Of a stretch of 64,000 nt of DNA, positions 49,311 through 59,312 are shown piece by piece; within the stretch, counting starts at the first letter, position 1, and every line of letters begins with the position of its first letter. The position numbers and the translations under genes were made by a program. The stretch spans positions 431,912 through 495,911 of the forward strand of contig CAZSUC010000001.1 of assembly GCA_964610055.1 (NCBI GenBank), written 5' to 3'. Under the pieces are notes generated by a model, which saw only the letters and a program-made list of their open reading frames with translations, had not been told where the DNA came from and did no database searches. This DNA is from an uncultured Candidatus Saccharibacteria bacterium. GTDB taxonomy: Bacteria > Patescibacteriota > Andersenbacteria > UBA10190.

Positions 49311-50444
49311 CTAAGCCGTGATCGTTGGTTCCGCTGGCGTGCGGATTGCTCGTCCAATTGTGACTAAGATACTTCCCAGTGTCATCAGAGTTATAATCGC
49401 CACTGTCAGCCAACCTAAAATCGGAATCGCACGGATAATTGCTAATGCTAACGCTCCCACCAACGCTTCTCTCCAGCCCAATTTGCGCTCCTCATTTCCT
49501 TTGAAGACATATTTTGCTAAATACGCCCCCGTAATCACATGCGCATACGCAACTGCCAAAATTCCCAGGGCGATCGTAGCGATTCCAATAAAACCAGCAG
49601 CTGGAATTCCGATGACTGTAATTACCAGAATAAAGACGGCCGGTACACAAGCCACCATCCAACCTAATCCCCAAACGAAACTCTTACCCGGATGTTCTTT
49701 TTGCTGCTTGATAATTCGTGTTGCTAAACTCGGTGCTATTAATATCAAAAGCCATGCTAAAATCGACCAAGTTACAATCCGGCGCGCAATATCGGTAATC
49801 CACACCATTCCTGTCCATGACGCCATCCCGTCTGTTTTCTGTCTAGCATTTGCTTGTAAGTGATAATGGTGCCGCTCTCCTCGAACCAAGGCTCCATCTT
49901 CTGCAATAATAGTTGGTTCCGTATCGCCGTAAGTTAATAAGTCGCCGTTAATTTCTGTGTTATTACCTAATCGAATCGTATCCGCAGCTACTTTAACGTT
50001 ACCGTCAATTTTACCGCGAAGAACAACAGTTGCGCCGGCTAAGTAAACATCGCCAGTCACATGCGTGTCTTGGCCAATCAAGACGGAACTTCCGGCCGCA
50101 ATTACATCATCGACTGTGGTGGGTTCAATCATCAGCGCGCTTCCGGCCGCAATCACATCATCGCCAACTGCTCCGCGCACCATCACTGATTGTCCTGCCG
50201 CAATTACATCTCCCGTGACATTTTTTGTGACTTCCACCGTACTGCCTCCGGCCATGACATCCCCCTGGACGTCACCACGGACCGAAACGACTTGGCCGGC
50301 TGCGTACACATCATCATCTACTGCTTGGCTGAAATCAGCATTTCCTTCCGACAAAAAAGTCGCAGCTAGCGCTGCTACCGGCAAGCCAACTAATGCTGCC
50401 GTGATAGTCATGCTGGCTAATAAATATGGAAAAGGTTTGGTCAT
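49311..50444 (-). CDS. bactofilin-like (DUF583) beta-helix repeat protein with signal peptide and C-terminal polytopic membrane domain
   Basis: 377 aa; repeated GDV...AAG...V units; C-terminal ~170 aa with several TM helices. Confidence 0.55.
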   Translation of the reverse strand: MTKPFPYLLASMTITAALVGLPVAALAATFLSEGNADFSQAVDDDVYAAGQVVSVRGDVQGDVMAGGSTVEVTKNVTGDVIAAGQSVMVRGAVGDDVIAAGSALMIEPTTVDDVIAAGSSVLIGQDTHVTGDVYLAGATVVLRGKIDGNVKVAADTIRLGNNTEINGDLLTYGDTEPTIIAEDGALVRGERHHYHLQANARQKTDGMASWTGMVWITDIARRIVTWSILAWLLILIAPSLATRIIKQQKEHPGKSFVWGLGWMVACVPAVFILVITVIGIPAAGFIGIATIALGILAVAYAHVITGAYLAKYVFKGNEERKLGWREALVGALALAIIRAIPILGWLTVAIITLMTLGSILVTIGRAIRTPAEPTITA

Positions 50445-50466
50445 AAATCAATTTTTAACAATAAAA

Positions 50467-50670
50467 TTAGTCATCAAATTTTTGTTCAATTTCCTCCACC
50501 TTATTCTTCATTGTTCCTAACTGTTGTTTTAACTGCTTAACCAATTTCATACCCTGTTCAAACTTCGGCATGTCTTGTTCTAAATCCAATTCTTTAGTTT
50601 CAAAATCATGCACGATTTTCTCAAGTTCTTGATAAGCAGTTTGAAAATTTTGTTTAGTCGCCATACTCAA
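50467..50670 (-). CDS. xseB: exodeoxyribonuclease VII small subunit
   Basis: 67 aa helical; FQTAYQELEKIVHDFE...LEQDMPKFEQGMKLVK. Confidence 0.85.
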   Translation of the reverse strand: MSMATKQNFQTAYQELEKIVHDFETKELDLEQDMPKFEQGMKLVKQLKQQLGTMKNKVEEIEQKFDD

Positions 50671-50673
50671 ATT

Positions 50674-51801
50674 TTAGTGCTTTATTTGGGCTTTTTCAAC
50701 CTTAGCTTGAATTACGCCGTCTCGCATTTCCGCCTGAATGACTGTGTCTTTTTTCACTTTAGCAGCTGAGGTTAAAACTTTTCCCGACTCATCTCGCAGA
50801 ATACTAAATCCTCTCTTTAAGACTGTTTGCGGTGCTAAAGACGCTAACAGACGTTCATATGCCAAAATATGCTCCTGTGTTTGTTGGTAAGTCGTATGCC
50901 AACGTTCATGCAATACCTGCGCCCAAAACCTTGTTTGTTGCTCTCGATTCGACACCTCGATAATTAATTTTTGGCGCAATTTTACCGCCCATTCTTCCAG
51001 CCGGGAGTGTAATTCTTCGCGCGACCGCACTAATAATTCAGCTGCGTTGCTTGGCGTTGAAGCGCGTTGATCGGCCGCTAATTCTGCTAACGTTATGTCA
51101 CGCTCGTGTCCGATTCCCACAACTGTTGGTATCCGTGATCCGGCTACCGCACGCACTACTTCTTCAGTGTTAAACGCTTGCAAATCTTCCATGCTGCCAC
51201 CTCCGCGCACCATCACAATTACATCAATCCGATCTAAATTAGTATTGGCGTAATTCAAAGCCCGGACAATTTGCCGCGGCGCGTCTTCGCCTTGCACTTG
51301 TACGTGCAAAAGTTGCACTGTTAATCCGCCCATGCGCGCCTGCAAAATTTTAATAAAATCAGAGTAAGCCGCTGCCTCACGACTAGTAATCAAAGCTATG
51401 CGTTCCGGAAATTGCGGTAGGCTTCTCTTTCGTTCCGGGCTAAACAGCCCTTCCGTCTCTAATTTCTGTTGTAATAGCAGCAACGCTCTCTTTAAAGCTC
51501 CTTCTCCTGCCGGCTGCACGTCAGTTAACACAAAACTAAAAAACCCTTTCTCGCGTAATCGTGGCTGTCCAGTTACCTTTACCAGCATCCCATCTTCAAT
51601 CTGGGTTTTAAGCTGCCAGATTGTCATAAAACAATTAACACTAGCTCGCTCGTCTTTCAGCGTAAACGTTACCCATTTGTTATGGATAATCTTGTACTGA
51701 TCAACCTCTCCCGTGACGCTAATCCCTTGAGCGGCATCTAAAGCGGTATTTATTAAACTAACAAATTGACTAACAGTCAGTGAGTCGCTGAAATCTGCCA
51801 T
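50674..51801 (-). CDS. xseA: exodeoxyribonuclease VII large subunit
   Basis: 375 aa; N-terminal OB-fold then catalytic region; adjacent to xseB. Confidence 0.85.
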   Translation of the reverse strand: MADFSDSLTVSQFVSLINTALDAAQGISVTGEVDQYKIIHNKWVTFTLKDERASVNCFMTIWQLKTQIEDGMLVKVTGQPRLREKGFFSFVLTDVQPAGEGALKRALLLLQQKLETEGLFSPERKRSLPQFPERIALITSREAAAYSDFIKILQARMGGLTVQLLHVQVQGEDAPRQIVRALNYANTNLDRIDVIVMVRGGGSMEDLQAFNTEEVVRAVAGSRIPTVVGIGHERDITLAELAADQRASTPSNAAELLVRSREELHSRLEEWAVKLRQKLIIEVSNREQQTRFWAQVLHERWHTTYQQTQEHILAYERLLASLAPQTVLKRGFSILRDESGKVLTSAAKVKKDTVIQAEMRDGVIQAKVEKAQIKH

Positions 51802-51804
51802 ATT

Positions 51805-52767
51805 TTATCCCCGTAACGCCAAGCTCGTCATATACGCTCCGTATAATACCAACATTACAATTGCTTCGCGCCGTTCTAGCATATTTCTTCGCCCCAAAAA
51901 CAACGATAAAAACAGAATCGCAGAGGCAGCGATCATAACTAACAAATCCAAATTCATTGTTGGCGTTAGCTTAATTGGCGTGATCGTGCTTGTGATAGCT
52001 AAGACTAACAACAAATTAAAAATATTTGATCCTACTACATTACCAACTGCGATGTCAGCATTTTTGCGCCAAGCCGCCATGATTGACGTTGCTAATTCCG
52101 GCAGCGACGTTCCAAAAGCAACTATCGTTAATCCGATGACATTTTCACTAATCCCCATCGCCGCCGCCAGTATTTTCGCATTCTCAACAATCCAGTACGC
52201 TCCCAACATTAAACCGCCTAAACCAAGCACAATTAGAGTCACAATCATTGTCATTGATCTGCGTTTTACATCCGGATTATCCTGTCCGCCCTGAACCTCT
52301 CTGATTCCATAGGTGTAATACAGGAAAATAATGAAAAAGAGCAGTAACGCTAATCCATCTGCTCGAGATAATAAAGCTGATTTCGCTCCATCTAAAATGA
52401 CGTCATTTGCCAAAAAGAATACCGCCACTGCCGCCAACAAAGAAAATGGAATTCCACGCCATACGGTAGTTCGCCCGACTGCCAAAGGATAGATTGCTGC
52501 CGTTGCTCCTAGAATTAGAAATACATTTGCAATATTGCTCCCCACAATATTTCCGAGCGCTAAATCAGTGCTGCCGCGCACAGCAGAAAGCATGTTCACA
52601 AAAAGTTCCGGACTCGATGTTCCAAAAGCAACCACTGTTAATCCAATCACTAACTCACTTAGACCAAACTTTTTTGCTAATGACCCCGAACCATCAACTA
52701 ACCAATCAGCTCCTTTAATTAAAAACCCAAAACCTAAAATCAATAAAATAACACTAAGTGCCAACAT
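51805..52767 (-). CDS. Ca2+/Na+ antiporter (CaCA family, YrbG-like)
   Basis: 320 aa; two alpha-repeats GNIVGSNIANVFLILG and GNVVGSNIFNLLLVLA. Confidence 0.85.
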   Translation of the reverse strand: MLALSVILLILGFGFLIKGADWLVDGSGSLAKKFGLSELVIGLTVVAFGTSSPELFVNMLSAVRGSTDLALGNIVGSNIANVFLILGATAAIYPLAVGRTTVWRGIPFSLLAAVAVFFLANDVILDGAKSALLSRADGLALLLFFIIFLYYTYGIREVQGGQDNPDVKRRSMTMIVTLIVLGLGGLMLGAYWIVENAKILAAAMGISENVIGLTIVAFGTSLPELATSIMAAWRKNADIAVGNVVGSNIFNLLLVLAITSTITPIKLTPTMNLDLLVMIAASAILFLSLFLGRRNMLERREAIVMLVLYGAYMTSLALRG

Positions 52768-52772
52768 AATCT

Positions 52773-53543
52773 TTATTGCAATTCATAAGTAATGCTCACA
52801 TCCGCTTTAACTGTTTGCGTGCCAGTCGCAACTTCTGGCAGCGGTACAGTTGCCTTACTATCCTCCGTCACCGCATTGCGATAAAGTACCGGTTCAGTTC
52901 CCGCTTGGCTGGTATTAGCTTGAAAGTTTTTCACTTGACCCAAACGTACACCTAAGCTCGCCGCCAAAGCCTCGGCCTTTTGGCGCGCATCTTGAATTGC
53001 ATCGGCTTGCGCGGCTAATTCGATTTCACTCGGATCATCCACTTCAAAACTAACGCCTCCTACTTGATTGATTCCTAAAGCTGTCGCTTGGCCGACTAAC
53101 TCCCCAATTTTATCTAATTCTCGAATGGTTACAGTTAGCTCTTCTCGTGCCTCAAACCCCCGCAAATTTTGACGCCCATCAGTATAATCATACGACGGAT
53201 TTACTGATAATCCTGTTGTCTTAATATCTTCTTCCGCAATCCCTGCGTCTTTTAGCGCCTTAATTACTTGATTAATTTTATCCGCAATAACACTTAAAGC
53301 TTGTTCAGCATTCGTTTGAATTCCCGAATTTGTTGCCAAAACAACTCGCGCAACATCTGGCCGCTGCAAAGCTTCTCCTGAGCCTTGCACGGTAATCTCA
53401 CGGTTTAATTCTGCTTCTTGTTTAATCCGGTCGGGTTGAGAAGCAATATACTGCCCGGCTACATAAAATACGCCTGCTAAGATAACTACTAACCAAAGTT
53501 TATTCATATATTTATCATAAACTATTCCATAAAAGCGGGCCAA
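52773..53543 (-). CDS. SIMPL/DUF541 family protein
   Basis: 256 aa; N-terminal TM, family-like core (ITVQGSGEALQRPDVARVVLATNS...). Confidence 0.6.
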   Translation of the reverse strand: MARFYGIVYDKYMNKLWLVVILAGVFYVAGQYIASQPDRIKQEAELNREITVQGSGEALQRPDVARVVLATNSGIQTNAEQALSVIADKINQVIKALKDAGIAEEDIKTTGLSVNPSYDYTDGRQNLRGFEAREELTVTIRELDKIGELVGQATALGINQVGGVSFEVDDPSEIELAAQADAIQDARQKAEALAASLGVRLGQVKNFQANTSQAGTEPVLYRNAVTEDSKATVPLPEVATGTQTVKADVSITYELQ

Positions 53544-54379
53544 ACCGGCTTAAGCCCATAAGTATTGCCGCCTCCTAAAGTTCCAAAGGTTTCGTGATTA
53601 GGATCATGAAAATCAGATCCCGCCGTTTCAAATAATCCGGCTTCCAACGCTACTTCATGCCAAGCCAGTGTCATTTCACGTGTATAAGACGGATAAAAAA
53701 CTTCTAAACCATCCAAACCAGCATCAATATAATCCGCTATAATCTGCATCGGTAAATCTTTCTGATCTTGGAATGTCCAAGCCGGATGAGATAAAACCGC
53801 ACTCCCTTTCGCCTGATGTAAGAGTTGAATTGCATCCTTGGTTTCTAACTTAAATCTTTTGACGTAAGCCGGCTTCCCTGGCTCTAAATAATGGACAATC
53901 AAATCACTCGTATTCACTATTTTTTCCGTTTGTAATCGAGCTTGATTCTCGCGGTGTGCTAACACTGCTCGCGCAATATGCGGCCGACCAATTGGTCCTT
54001 GAGCTTGCTGCGCAACATCTGTCATAGTTACTTCCCAGCCAATTTCACGTAATAATTTCACCATGCTGTGGGCGCGATTCTCACGTGCCTGAGCAAGATT
54101 TTGGGTAGTTTGCGCTAACATTTGATCATGAGGATCAAAATTATACCCTAGCAAATGAACTTCTTTGTCATTATGGACGGTTGATAATTCAATCCCGGTA
54201 ACAGTTTTAATCCCATATTTCTTACCTGCTTCTGCCGTTGCTTCCAAATGCTCGACCGTATCGTGATCTGTGACAGAGGCAATCCTTATCCCAGCCGCTG
54301 CGCATCGGCGCATAATTTCATGAGGTGATAATGTTCCGTCAGAAAAATCAGAGTGAATTTGCAAATCAATATTCAACAT
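53522..54379 (-). CDS. PHP-domain phosphoesterase
   Basis: MLNIDLQIHSDFSDG...SVTDHDT PHP motifs; start assumed at MLNID rather than the upstream ATG. Confidence 0.75.
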   Translation of the reverse strand: MLNIDLQIHSDFSDGTLSPHEIMRRCAAAGIRIASVTDHDTVEHLEATAEAGKKYGIKTVTGIELSTVHNDKEVHLLGYNFDPHDQMLAQTTQNLAQARENRAHSMVKLLREIGWEVTMTDVAQQAQGPIGRPHIARAVLAHRENQARLQTEKIVNTSDLIVHYLEPGKPAYVKRFKLETKDAIQLLHQAKGSAVLSHPAWTFQDQKDLPMQIIADYIDAGLDGLEVFYPSYTREMTLAWHEVALEAGLFETAGSDFHDPNHETFGTLGGGNTYGLKPVWPAFME

Positions 54380-54440
54380 ACCCCCAAAGTCTAACATAAA
54401 AAACAACCCCCTATAGTGCATCGCGCTATAGGGGGTAAAA

Positions 54441-54548
54441 TCACAGAGTACTCCAGGCATGAATCGTCGCTACAGAGTATGCTAGGATCAGCACCAAGCA
54501 TACGACGTAAGCGACATTGATAATAATCGTGCCTTCCTTGGCTGTCAT
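54441..54548 (-). CDS. small membrane peptide (35 aa)
   Basis: MTAKEGTIIINVAYVVCLVLILAYSVATIHAWSTL with RBS AAGGAGAG. Confidence 0.3.
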   Translation of the reverse strand: MTAKEGTIIINVAYVVCLVLILAYSVATIHAWSTL

Positions 54549-54564
54549 CTTCGTCTCTCCTTTG

Positions 54565-54792
54565 CTAAAGTACTGCCCTGATATACAACGCAGCACCTCG
54601 CTGCGATTCTTTCTCAGGGCCTTGATACTCTTGATACCGTTGTTCTGCTGGGATTGAATGGTTGTTTTGCTGAACCTGCAATTGCAGGTAAACAGCAAAG
54701 ATCAGGCACAAGATGGCCGCTCCATAGAGCACCATCTCGCCCCAGAAAAGCCATCCGTGCCCGTTACTCTTATCCTTCTTCATTCGATTCAT
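54565..54792 (-). CDS. small single-TM membrane protein (75 aa)
   Basis: MNRMKKDKSNGHGWLFWGEMVLYGAAILCLIFAVYL... with strong RBS GAGGAGG. Confidence 0.35.
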   Translation of the reverse strand: MNRMKKDKSNGHGWLFWGEMVLYGAAILCLIFAVYLQLQVQQNNHSIPAEQRYQEYQGPEKESQRGAALYIRAVL

Positions 54793-54874
54793 CCACAACC
54801 TCCTCGCTAACAAAAAAGAACCTATTTAACTATAGCATAAATAGGCTTATTTTGTCAAGTTAGACAAGTAGCGG

Positions 54875-56224
54875 CTAATTCCAATCGTCTCTCGTTAATA
54901 GTTCTTCTAAAAGAATTCTATTTTTCCATAAAAGTTTTATATCTGCACTCGAAAGCTCCATTTTTTCTGTTTGATCAGTCTGCGATTCTTTTAATTTTTC
55001 TTTAAGCTCTTCACTTATTTCCGCAATCCGTTTTTTAAATTCAGCATTGCCTGAAATTCCTTGCCGGCTCTCAACTATTTGTTCGCTTTGTGTAAATAAA
55101 TCAAATAGCTTCTCATATACTGCTTTCGAAACCGTTTCGTATCTTATTTCCGAGCTAACCGTACCAGGGTTTTTAGTAGCAGTTACAATCTTATTTAGTA
55201 ATCGCAACAAAACCTCGGTGCTATATTCGTTTATTTCCTTCTTGATCTGCGGTGCGGTTTTATTCATAAATTCCTGCTCCAAACTCGTCTCTGGTTTTAC
55301 TAACGGCGTCGGTGCTGACGCTGGTACTGCCGCCGCTTTCGTCTGCTGGCTTTGCCGCTCTATTTCTTTCAATTTTGCCGCATATAACACTGTTTGCCAT
55401 AATCCATTCTTCTGCGTGCGAGTTTCTTTTACATGCCCGACTAATTCATTAACTGGTCGTCCAACTTGAGCAGCTTGTGGCCACACCTGGTTATAATATC
55501 TTTTCGTCTCAACAAACTGAGGAGCCGATGTAGTTTGCGCTAAATATTCGTCCGCTTTTTCCTGCGCATCTGGCTCAGGCTTAAAATTCTCCCCTTTTTC
55601 CGACAAATATTTAATTTGTGCCATTAATTTAACCGCATCTGGTACTTCTTTTTGCTGTAGCAATTTCTTTAATTTTTCCGCTATTATTTGTCCGGACTTG
55701 CCTTGGAATGGAATTCCTATAATCTTGGCGTTTACGCATAAAGCAGCTAGCTTTGTCGGATCAGTCTTCGGATCTTTCATCTGTCTTTTAATTTCCTCAA
55801 CAATTATAGTTCGTGTCTTATTATCCACCTCCAACATTCCTGTTCTTTGCATAACCGCGGCATATCGTGCCAAGGATTCCGGCCTCGCTTGTAAAATACG
55901 CATACCTCGCTTCAATCCTGCTTGAAAAGCAGCCGGCGGATTTTTAATCACAATCCTCATCGTTTTCAAAGCCGCTATCTTCTCCGCAATCCTAACAAAG
56001 CCCTGTTCGTTATATCCAGTTTTGTTTTCTGGACCCACAAAAGGATCATCTCCTTGCACTAGCATGCTCTTCTGTTTGAGTGCTTCCTGTAAATCTGTTT
56101 GTAAACTCTTCCCGACTTCCTTTAGATCATCAGGACTTAAAACTTGCTCGCCAAATATTTCCACTCCATTAGCTAATGATTCTTGCTTCCCAGTATTTTT
56201 CTCGCCGCTATTTTCAACTGACAT
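54875..56224 (-). CDS. hypothetical Lys-rich protein
   Basis: 449-aa ORF with good coding continuity; no recognisable domain. Confidence 0.45.
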   Translation of the reverse strand: MSVENSGEKNTGKQESLANGVEIFGEQVLSPDDLKEVGKSLQTDLQEALKQKSMLVQGDDPFVGPENKTGYNEQGFVRIAEKIAALKTMRIVIKNPPAAFQAGLKRGMRILQARPESLARYAAVMQRTGMLEVDNKTRTIIVEEIKRQMKDPKTDPTKLAALCVNAKIIGIPFQGKSGQIIAEKLKKLLQQKEVPDAVKLMAQIKYLSEKGENFKPEPDAQEKADEYLAQTTSAPQFVETKRYYNQVWPQAAQVGRPVNELVGHVKETRTQKNGLWQTVLYAAKLKEIERQSQQTKAAAVPASAPTPLVKPETSLEQEFMNKTAPQIKKEINEYSTEVLLRLLNKIVTATKNPGTVSSEIRYETVSKAVYEKLFDLFTQSEQIVESRQGISGNAEFKKRIAEISEELKEKLKESQTDQTEKMELSSADIKLLWKNRILLEELLTRDDWN

Positions 56225-56241
56225 AATTACAGCCTAACACC

Positions 56242-56736
56242 CTACGAATTTAACACCCAAATCGCGTAATTTAAGTAACTAGCAAAACTGACCCAGAGTA
56301 AATAAGGAACCAGCAGCCAAGCTGCCAACCGCGAAATACGTCCAAACTTTACGATAGTCACGACAATCATTATCCATAAAAATATAATTTCAATAAATGC
56401 TGCCCCTGGGTTTTGCCGTCCAAAAAATATGATTGACCACAACATATTCAAACCCAATTGCACACCATACACTGTTAACGCTGTTTTAACCACATTCTTA
56501 CTCCATCCTTTTTGCCAAATAAAATAAGAGGCAATTCCCATTAAAGCAAATAATGTCGTCCACACTGGTCCAAATACCCAATTAGGCGGCGATAATTCTG
56601 GACGCACTAAAGTCGCGTACCATTCCGGGATTACTGGCGTTGTGAAAAATGAACCAATCACACCCGCCATCTCAGCTATAACCACCGCCACTATCATCTG
56701 CCACCAGTTTATTGGTTGTTTTATCTGAGCTGTCAC
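56242..56736 (-). CDS. tspO: TspO/MBR family tryptophan-rich sensory protein
   Basis: 164 aa; 5 TM; Trp-rich (WWQM, PEWY, PPNWVFGPVWT). Confidence 0.85.
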   Translation of the reverse strand: MTAQIKQPINWWQMIVAVVIAEMAGVIGSFFTTPVIPEWYATLVRPELSPPNWVFGPVWTTLFALMGIASYFIWQKGWSKNVVKTALTVYGVQLGLNMLWSIIFFGRQNPGAAFIEIIFLWIMIVVTIVKFGRISRLAAWLLVPYLLWVSFASYLNYAIWVLNS

Positions 56737-56762
56737 CCTTTTATTTTACCGCAAAATAACGA

Positions 56763-56791
56763 CTTTGACACTCGCTTTTAACAAGCGTACA
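56763..56791 (+). promoter_or_regulatory. sigma70-like promoter (TTGACA-17-TACATT)
   Basis: TTGACActcgcttttaacaagcgTACATT upstream of the RBS-bearing ATG at 56852; the ORF-track N-terminal extension starts at the TTG inside this -35 box. Confidence 0.45.
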
Positions 56792-56851
56792 TTCACCTTG
56801 TTGTTTTTATTGCCCGTTCTCTTGTTCTCTTCATTCATTGGAGAAAGAACC

Positions 56852-58027
56852 ATGTTAGAAGGCATCGACATTGCGTACTGCAACGCAGCGATTGAGGCGT
56901 TGCTGAGTGCTAACAAGACTTTGTTAGGCACTGCGATTGCAGAAGCTGTCAACCCCTCTCACGTCTGGTGCAAGGGTGATACCTTGGGGCTTGATCGAGG
57001 CCCAGAAAACGCTATCACGCAGGAATTTTCCGGCTTTGACAGTCGCGCTATCATTATCTCAGAAGAAGTTGGTGAATTTGCCAATCCCTTGTTGGGGCAG
57101 GGCTTCGGAAACGTTTCCGGTGCTCGGACGTTCATTGGATGCGATCCCTTTGATCGTTCCAAGAATGCTCGTGCGTTTATTCAAGAACACTCTCAAGGTA
57201 GGCAATACGTTAGCGATCTGGTTTTAGGTGAACCGAATGTCGTTCATCTTTGGGAAGCAAAGTACGGTGCTCCTGCCAGTGTGACTGGATTTAGCGGCGC
57301 CGCAACCATCGTGCGCCGTGGTGTTCCGATCGGTACCGTCATGTTCAATTATTTAACTCAACAGATTTTCCTCTGCTGCCAAGCCGGTTTCTTCTATGCA
57401 TCCGTGACGACGGACAATCAGTCTGCTATCAGTGTTGCCTATTTGCGCCAGCATGGCACCCCGATCACTTTCCCGAACATTACTAATCAGGATTTTCGAC
57501 GGATTGTGACATTTCTCGGCAAACCTGAGCGTGGCTATCCGCAAAACTTTTCCGCCATCAACCTGGTCAATGACACTGAGTTGTCTCAGTGTTTGCATGA
57601 TCGTGAAGCCGGTGGGCCTTTACGTGTTCTCTACCTCTCCTCCTTGTACGCCAATGCTAATCCGGATCAGCAGATTGGCATTATTGTGGCCAACGGGGAA
57701 AAATTTGGAGAATGGCTCCACTGGCTCTCGCCGGTTCGTTTCTGCGCTCGCACTGACGACCCGTCTGATCCCGCTCTGCGTATTTTTGAGGTCTCGCAAG
57801 ATCAATCACCAATGCGAGACGGGTATCTCATGATGCCGTCTCCGATTTACAGTGCTTTTTGTCGGGTGGACGATCGCGATCCGCGCGTGACCTTTGATGT
57901 TGAAAGGCTGCAGGGCCTGGATAATCCGAGCCGGTATCGCGCCACTCTTTTGCTTGTCCCCGCAACCAACAAATGGGCGATCAGCCGTATTCAACAATAC
58001 GGGTACCGGGAACTTATCTTCCCCTAA
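56852..58027 (+). CDS. hypothetical protein, weak similarity to IMPase/FBPase superfamily; higher-GC acquired gene
   Basis: Start MLEGIDIAY with RBS GGAGAAAG; ISEEVGE and GCDPFDRS resemble IMPase metal-binding motifs; local GC ~52% vs ~42% background. Confidence 0.4.
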   Translation: MLEGIDIAYCNAAIEALLSANKTLLGTAIAEAVNPSHVWCKGDTLGLDRGPENAITQEFSGFDSRAIIISEEVGEFANPLLGQGFGNVSGARTFIGCDPFDRSKNARAFIQEHSQGRQYVSDLVLGEPNVVHLWEAKYGAPASVTGFSGAATIVRRGVPIGTVMFNYLTQQIFLCCQAGFFYASVTTDNQSAISVAYLRQHGTPITFPNITNQDFRRIVTFLGKPERGYPQNFSAINLVNDTELSQCLHDREAGGPLRVLYLSSLYANANPDQQIGIIVANGEKFGEWLHWLSPVRFCARTDDPSDPALRIFEVSQDQSPMRDGYLMMPSPIYSAFCRVDDRDPRVTFDVERLQGLDNPSRYRATLLLVPATNKWAISRIQQYGYRELIFP

Positions 58028-58078
58028 TCCCACTGCCATCCGCTGTCTTGAAAAAGACAACGGATTATTTAAAAACTA
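58003..58078 (+). repeat. direct repeat copy 1 (~75 bp; 3' end of upstream gene plus terminator hairpin)
   Basis: GGTACCGGGAACTTATCTTCCCC..TAATCCC..CCATCCGCTGTCTTGAAAAAGACAACGGATTATTT recurs at 59313-59392. Confidence 0.7.
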
Positions 58079-58219
58079 GCGGCGGCATTCTGATCCTGTA
58101 CTCCTGACTATCAAATAACAAGTAGAGACTGCGGGTCTCGTTTCCAAAGAAAAAGCCCCACTGAACATCATGTTAGTGAGGCCTCTACTAAGATAATCTG
58201 TTTCGTGGTTCTTGCTTAC

Positions 58220-59101
58220 TTAGATCAACTGCGTTACCTTCATGGGCTTGAAACTGAAGTGATGAAGATAACACGTCTGCATCGCCCATCCTGCCGGCAC
58301 CCACATCGCGTGTGGTGGCTGTTCTTTCCAGTAACAATCGCGACTAGGACGTAAATTATCACAGGTAATGTATCCGAGAGGGGGAACTTCATCCCACCAT
58401 GCCTCATCCGTTTCCTGTGATCCGAACGGTGCATCACTCGGCTTATCGCCGCAACGGACGTGCAGAATGTGCGCGCTGGCACCTTGAGCGTTCCGGCTCG
58501 AGCCGATACTAATATGGAAATAGAAATTCCACACTACCATCGGGTCTTCATCGAGACACTCTGCCAGTTCGCTCAACCGCGCCCACCGCCATCTTTTTAC
58601 GCGAGTGAAATTGGGGTGACGAACGCTGGGGGTGTTGGTGATTTTATTACCCTTGACCTTACGAGCCACCACGAAATCCTCCCACTTAAGGGAGTAGCAA
58701 TCGGAGTAGCAGGTGCAGTTTTCCCAGCATAGGACTCCGAAGGGTTGATCAGCGACAAGAGCGTACTTCCAGTGCTCGCGTCCGTGGTATTCAGGAAAGT
58801 CATCGTCACCAATGTTGATCGAACCGATGCAGCCCAGGACGTAATGCTGAAGATTGATGGGTGAATGACTGAGCGTAGCCAGTCGTTCTGTTTCAACGTA
58901 GTCGCGAAGCAGTTTCCGGCCTTCTTTCTCGCCACTGATCTGCATCAGCTCCTCGGGCAGAGGAAGAACCGGCTTCATCTGTTCAGCAGGAACCGCGGTA
59001 TTCAGTGAACGAAACACAGCAATCCAACTTCCATCAGGAATGTCCGTTTCCACGAACTCTCCCTTACCCCTCTCCAACATCCTGACAGTACGAATCTTCA
59101 T
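58220..59101 (-). CDS. hypothetical protein (GC-rich cassette gene)
   Basis: 293-aa ORF, ~55% GC; Cys/Trp-rich; no motif recognised. Confidence 0.4.
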   Translation of the reverse strand: MKIRTVRMLERGKGEFVETDIPDGSWIAVFRSLNTAVPAEQMKPVLPLPEELMQISGEKEGRKLLRDYVETERLATLSHSPINLQHYVLGCIGSINIGDDDFPEYHGREHWKYALVADQPFGVLCWENCTCYSDCYSLKWEDFVVARKVKGNKITNTPSVRHPNFTRVKRWRWARLSELAECLDEDPMVVWNFYFHISIGSSRNAQGASAHILHVRCGDKPSDAPFGSQETDEAWWDEVPPLGYITCDNLRPSRDCYWKEQPPHAMWVPAGWAMQTCYLHHFSFKPMKVTQLI

Positions 59102-59312
59102 GGTAAATCTCCTTCATAGCGACTCGATTGTTTTTCAGAAAGCCATCGCTCTGCTTTCTGATGCCGCAGGAACTATCCAGCGGAAGATGTCAAAAAACAG
59201 TAAAACCAGATTCAGTTTCTAAAAGAACCTATATTCTATAGAATATATTCATTCTAGTGTCAATGTTTTTGATGATCTAGCTACCTACAGCTTACCTTAG
59301 GTCATTAATACT

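Noticed and set aside
50065-50520. 151-aa plus-strand ORF
   Set aside because: Antisense to the bactofilin-like repeat gene; repeat-driven open frame
56765-56851. N-terminal extension of the 420-aa ORF (MTLAFNKRTF...)
   Set aside because: Begins at a TTG that is the -35 box of a TTGACA-17-TACATT promoter; a proper GGAGAAAG RBS precedes the internal ATG at 56852
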